From assembly GCF_009914755.1 (NCBI RefSeq), contig NC_060935.1: a stretch of 64,000 nt of DNA. The stretch is one strand, 5' to 3'. Shown here piece by piece: positions 60,751 to 64,000 of the stretch. The notes beneath the pieces are model-generated. The model worked only from the letters and a program-made list of their open reading frames with translations. It was not told the DNA's origin and did no database searches. This stretch comes from the human T2T-CHM13v2.0 reference genome, Homo sapiens. Position numbers and translations under genes: made by a program. Position 1 is the stretch's first letter, and each line of letters begins with the position of its first letter.

Positions 60751-61630
60751 CCTATATGACCCATTTAAAAAAAACTTTCTCGGGTAGGAAAACTACATTT
60801 AGAAAATAGTTTTTAATTAATTTTCCATTTTCTAATCAATCACAACATACATAGTATATGTGAATATATATTACATATACCCTGTCAATCAGAATTTACT
60901 GGGATGAAATAATTAGTCACAACGCTTGGAAATTTTATCTCAGTTTGAAATGAAGCTGGTCTGTTATTTAGTCTGGGTGAAGGGCACAAATGTATCAAAG
61001 GTCGAGCAGATCACAAGCCTATTTCCATTTTGACTTTCACAGTCTTGTAGGCATCATCTCTGCTTGGTTTCAGTTGAACCAAATGATTTCTCCCAGGACC
61101 AGTTTATGAATCTATGAATTTTAATAGAAATCAGCAAACTGTACTTTGAGATAAAAACTGGAAATAGAGTATGTGGACAGACGGTAAGTGGGAGGTTATG
61201 TTAACTGGAAGATATTAGTGAAAGAATTATGGAATCTAGAAAATGTTTTTCCCCTGTAGTGTAAAACTGCAAGCAGTTCCATATTCATGGAGTATTTTCA
61301 ACATGAACATGCCCATCACGGTGAAAAAAAACTCCCTAACAAATAATTTTTTATATACATTCTTCTTTTAGTCTATGGGATTTAAAATTTCTTTTTAAAA
61401 ATGCTTAACAAAGAATTTCAATTTTTAAAAGAATGATTTGGTTAAAAAAATCAGAGGGAGAAAACCAATAACAGAATGGAAAAACTATCTACCTCATCTA
61501 GTAATACATATACAATGGTCTCAGAAGAGGAAAGAGCCTCCAAATCATACTGCCTCAGTTCTCATTCATTCATTTACTAAATACCTACTGAAGCATGACT
61601 ATCTTAAGCAAATCCTTTCATAGGTATAAA

Positions 61631-62134
61631 GGACTTGCTTTGTCTCAGATAAGACATTGGACTGTAGACTTTTGAGTTAATGCTGAAATGAATTAAGACT
61701 CTGGGGGACTGTTGGGAAGACGTGAATGGTTTTAAAATGTGAGGACCTGAGCTTTGGGAGGGGCCAGGGGTGGAATGATATGGTTTGGTTGTGTCCACAC
61801 CCAAATCTCACCTAGAATTCTAACTCCCACAATTCCCACCTGTCATGAGAGGAATCCAGTGAAAGGTGATTGAATTATGGCGGTGGGTCTTTCCTCTGCT
61901 GTTCTCATGACAGTGAATGAGTATTGAGATCTGATGGTTTTAAAAACTGGAGTTTCCCTGACCAAACTCTCTCTCTCTTTCCCTGCCACCAGTCATGTAA
62001 GACGTGACTTGCTCCTCCTTGTCTTCTGCCATGATCGTGAGGCCTCCCCAGCCATGTGGAACTTTAAGTCCATTATACCTCTTTTTCTTCCCAGTCTCGA
62101 ATATGTCTTTATCAGCAGTGTGAAAACAGACTAA
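61631..62134 (+). mobile_element. THE1B-like 3' LTR (61776-62134) with about 145 bp of THE1-int including the PPT
   Basis: GGGAGGGGCCAGGGGTGGAA followed by TGATATGGTTTGG...GAAAACAGACTAAT. Confidence 0.9.
61867..61877 (-). promoter_or_regulatory. DUX4 consensus motif in THE1 LTR
   Basis: TGATTGAATTA = revcomp TAATTCAATCA, matches TAAYYYAATCA. Confidence 0.6.
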
Positions 62135-62214
62135 TTTTATATATATATATATATATATCTTGATCATTGTGTATATATATATTTATATGTTGTACATATA
62201 TATTTACATATATA

Positions 62215-62560
62215 TTCATATATGTTGTGCAATAATCAAGTCATGGTAGTTAGCTATCCTCACCTCATGTCTTTATCTTTTTATTTTTGGTGGAAAGAAC
62301 ATTCAAAAGCCTCTCATTTATCTATCTTGTAATGTGCAATATCTTGTTGTTAACTATCTGTCATCCTATTGTGCAATAGGATTCCAGAACTTATTCTTCC
62401 TGTTTGATTGTAACTTTGTACCCATTGACCAACCCTTCCCCATCCTCTCCTCTCTCCTCCCTTCCTAGTCTGTGGTAACCACTCTTCTACTCTCTGCTTC
62501 TATGATACCAAAACTTTTTAAAATTAAGATTCCACATATAAGTAAGATCATGTGGTATTC
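62215..62560 (-). mobile_element. L1MA-like 3' end
   Basis: TAACTTTGTACCCATTGACCAAC...GGTAACCAC...GATTCCACATATAAGT. Confidence 0.8.
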
Positions 62561-63003
62561 TCTTTTTTTTTTCTTTTTTCTTTTGTAGACTGTTGTGGCT
62601 GTTCTAGGCAGTTTGTTTTTCCATATTGAAACAAAGAAACTTGCTGAGATTTTTATTGTAATTACTTTGTCTGCATATCGATTTGGAATTAACTTTGGAA
62701 TAATATTGGATATTACAAGCCATGGGTAAGGTATATTTCTCTATTGGTGTATTGGTATTTCTTTATTTCTTTATTTGTTCAGTCTAGATTTTGTTTGATT
62801 TCATTTGTGTAGATTTCATTGATTTTCTCAATTGTTTACCAATTTTCTAGTTAATTAATTGCCACTATTATCTCTATTATCTCCTTTATTCTACCTACTG
62901 TTTTATAAAATTTGTTCTTTTTATAGCTTCTTAAAGCAGAAGCTTAGATGATTTATATTAAACCTTTTATATAATTCCTTTTTTTCTAAAATAAGAATTC
63001 TAC

Positions 63004-63471
63004 TAAATAGTTTACTAGGCCTACCCTAACAAAATTTCACAAGCAGGTATGTTAAACAACAGAAACTTATTGTGTCACAATTGGTTCTGGAGGCTAGAAG
63101 TTTGAGGTCTGGCAGGGTTAGTTTTTTTCTGAGGGCTTTGAGTTAAAGTCTATTCTGTCTCCCTCCTAGCTTCTAGTAGTTTGCTTGGAATCTACGGCAT
63201 TATTTACTTCATAGCGGTATCACCCTAATGTCTCTTCATGTTCACATGGCATTCTTCCTATGAATGTGCCTGTGTCCAAATTTCCACTTTTTATTATAAG
63301 AATACCAGTTATAATAAACAAGAACCCAATCTGTTCCAGTCTATTAACTGGTTACATCTATTAACTGATTACATCTGCAGGGCCCTATTTTCAAATAAGG
63401 TCACACCCTGAGTACTGAGGTTTAGTATGTCAACATGTGAATCTGTTGGGGAAGCAACTCAACTCATAACA
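63004..63471 (-). mobile_element. MLT1B/C-like MaLR LTR
   Basis: GTTCTGGAGGCTAGAAG, CCCTATTTTCAAATAAGGTCACA. Confidence 0.85.
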
Positions 63472-63540
63472 AGCATAATGCTACAACTTCTCTTCTAAGC
63501 ACTGCTATTGCTGCAAATGATTTGGATATGTTGTATACTC

Positions 63541-63774
63541 ATTATTATTCAATTTAAAATATTGTTCTAATTTCCATGGTGATCTTTAAATAAACCCATG
63601 GATTTTTAAAGGCTTGAGTTTAATTCTTTAAAGTCACGTTTAAATAAATTTTTAAAGGCTTCAGTTTAAGGAATTCTTTAAACTTGACTTTAAAGAATTA
63701 AGCCTTCAAAATTCCATGGGTTAATTTAAAAATCACGATGGAAATTAGAACAATATTTTAAATTGGATAATAAT
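63541..63774. repeat. Diverged inverted repeat, about 100-bp arms
   Basis: 63541-63644 versus revcomp of 63677-63774. Confidence 0.9.
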
Positions 63775-64000
63775 ATTTATTATTTAAAGTTATATATATT
63801 ACTCTTATTTCTAATTTATTTATATTATAGAACACATTATTTTTGGTTTATTTTTAATGGCTTTATTGAAGTCCAGTTAACATATGATACAATGCAGATA
63901 ATAGAAATGTTGAATTTGGTTAAGTTTTAAATATGTGCACAGCTGTAAGTCTTCACTAAAATAAAAACAATGAAAATATGCATCGATTTCAAAGTTAATG

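Overview
AT-rich, repeat-dense human (or closely related hominid) genomic DNA; two AluYa5 copies point to human. I find no supportable protein-coding exon: the long ORFs are L1 ORF2 or Alu remnants. The window is a mosaic of old L1M/L2/MIR/MaLR/ERV fragments with younger Alu and L1PA insertions. The notable signals are in retrotransposon junction architecture: (1) an L1PA2/3 insertion whose 15-bp TSDs also enclose an internal 5S rRNA fragment in inverted orientation; (2) a TSD-flanked insert made of an inverted L1PA 3'UTR piece plus non-L1 (MER45-like) sequence and an A-tail, consistent with an inverted 3' transduction; (3) two adjacent 5'-inverted L1PAs, so all four L1PA insertions I can see carry a twin-priming signature; (4) a 270-bp spacer-less palindrome with one mismatch inside an old MLT2 LTR, and an older fold-back near 63.6 kb. 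Repeat subfamily names come from my recall of consensus sequences and need RepeatMasker/Dfam confirmation; boundaries of old repeats are approximate.
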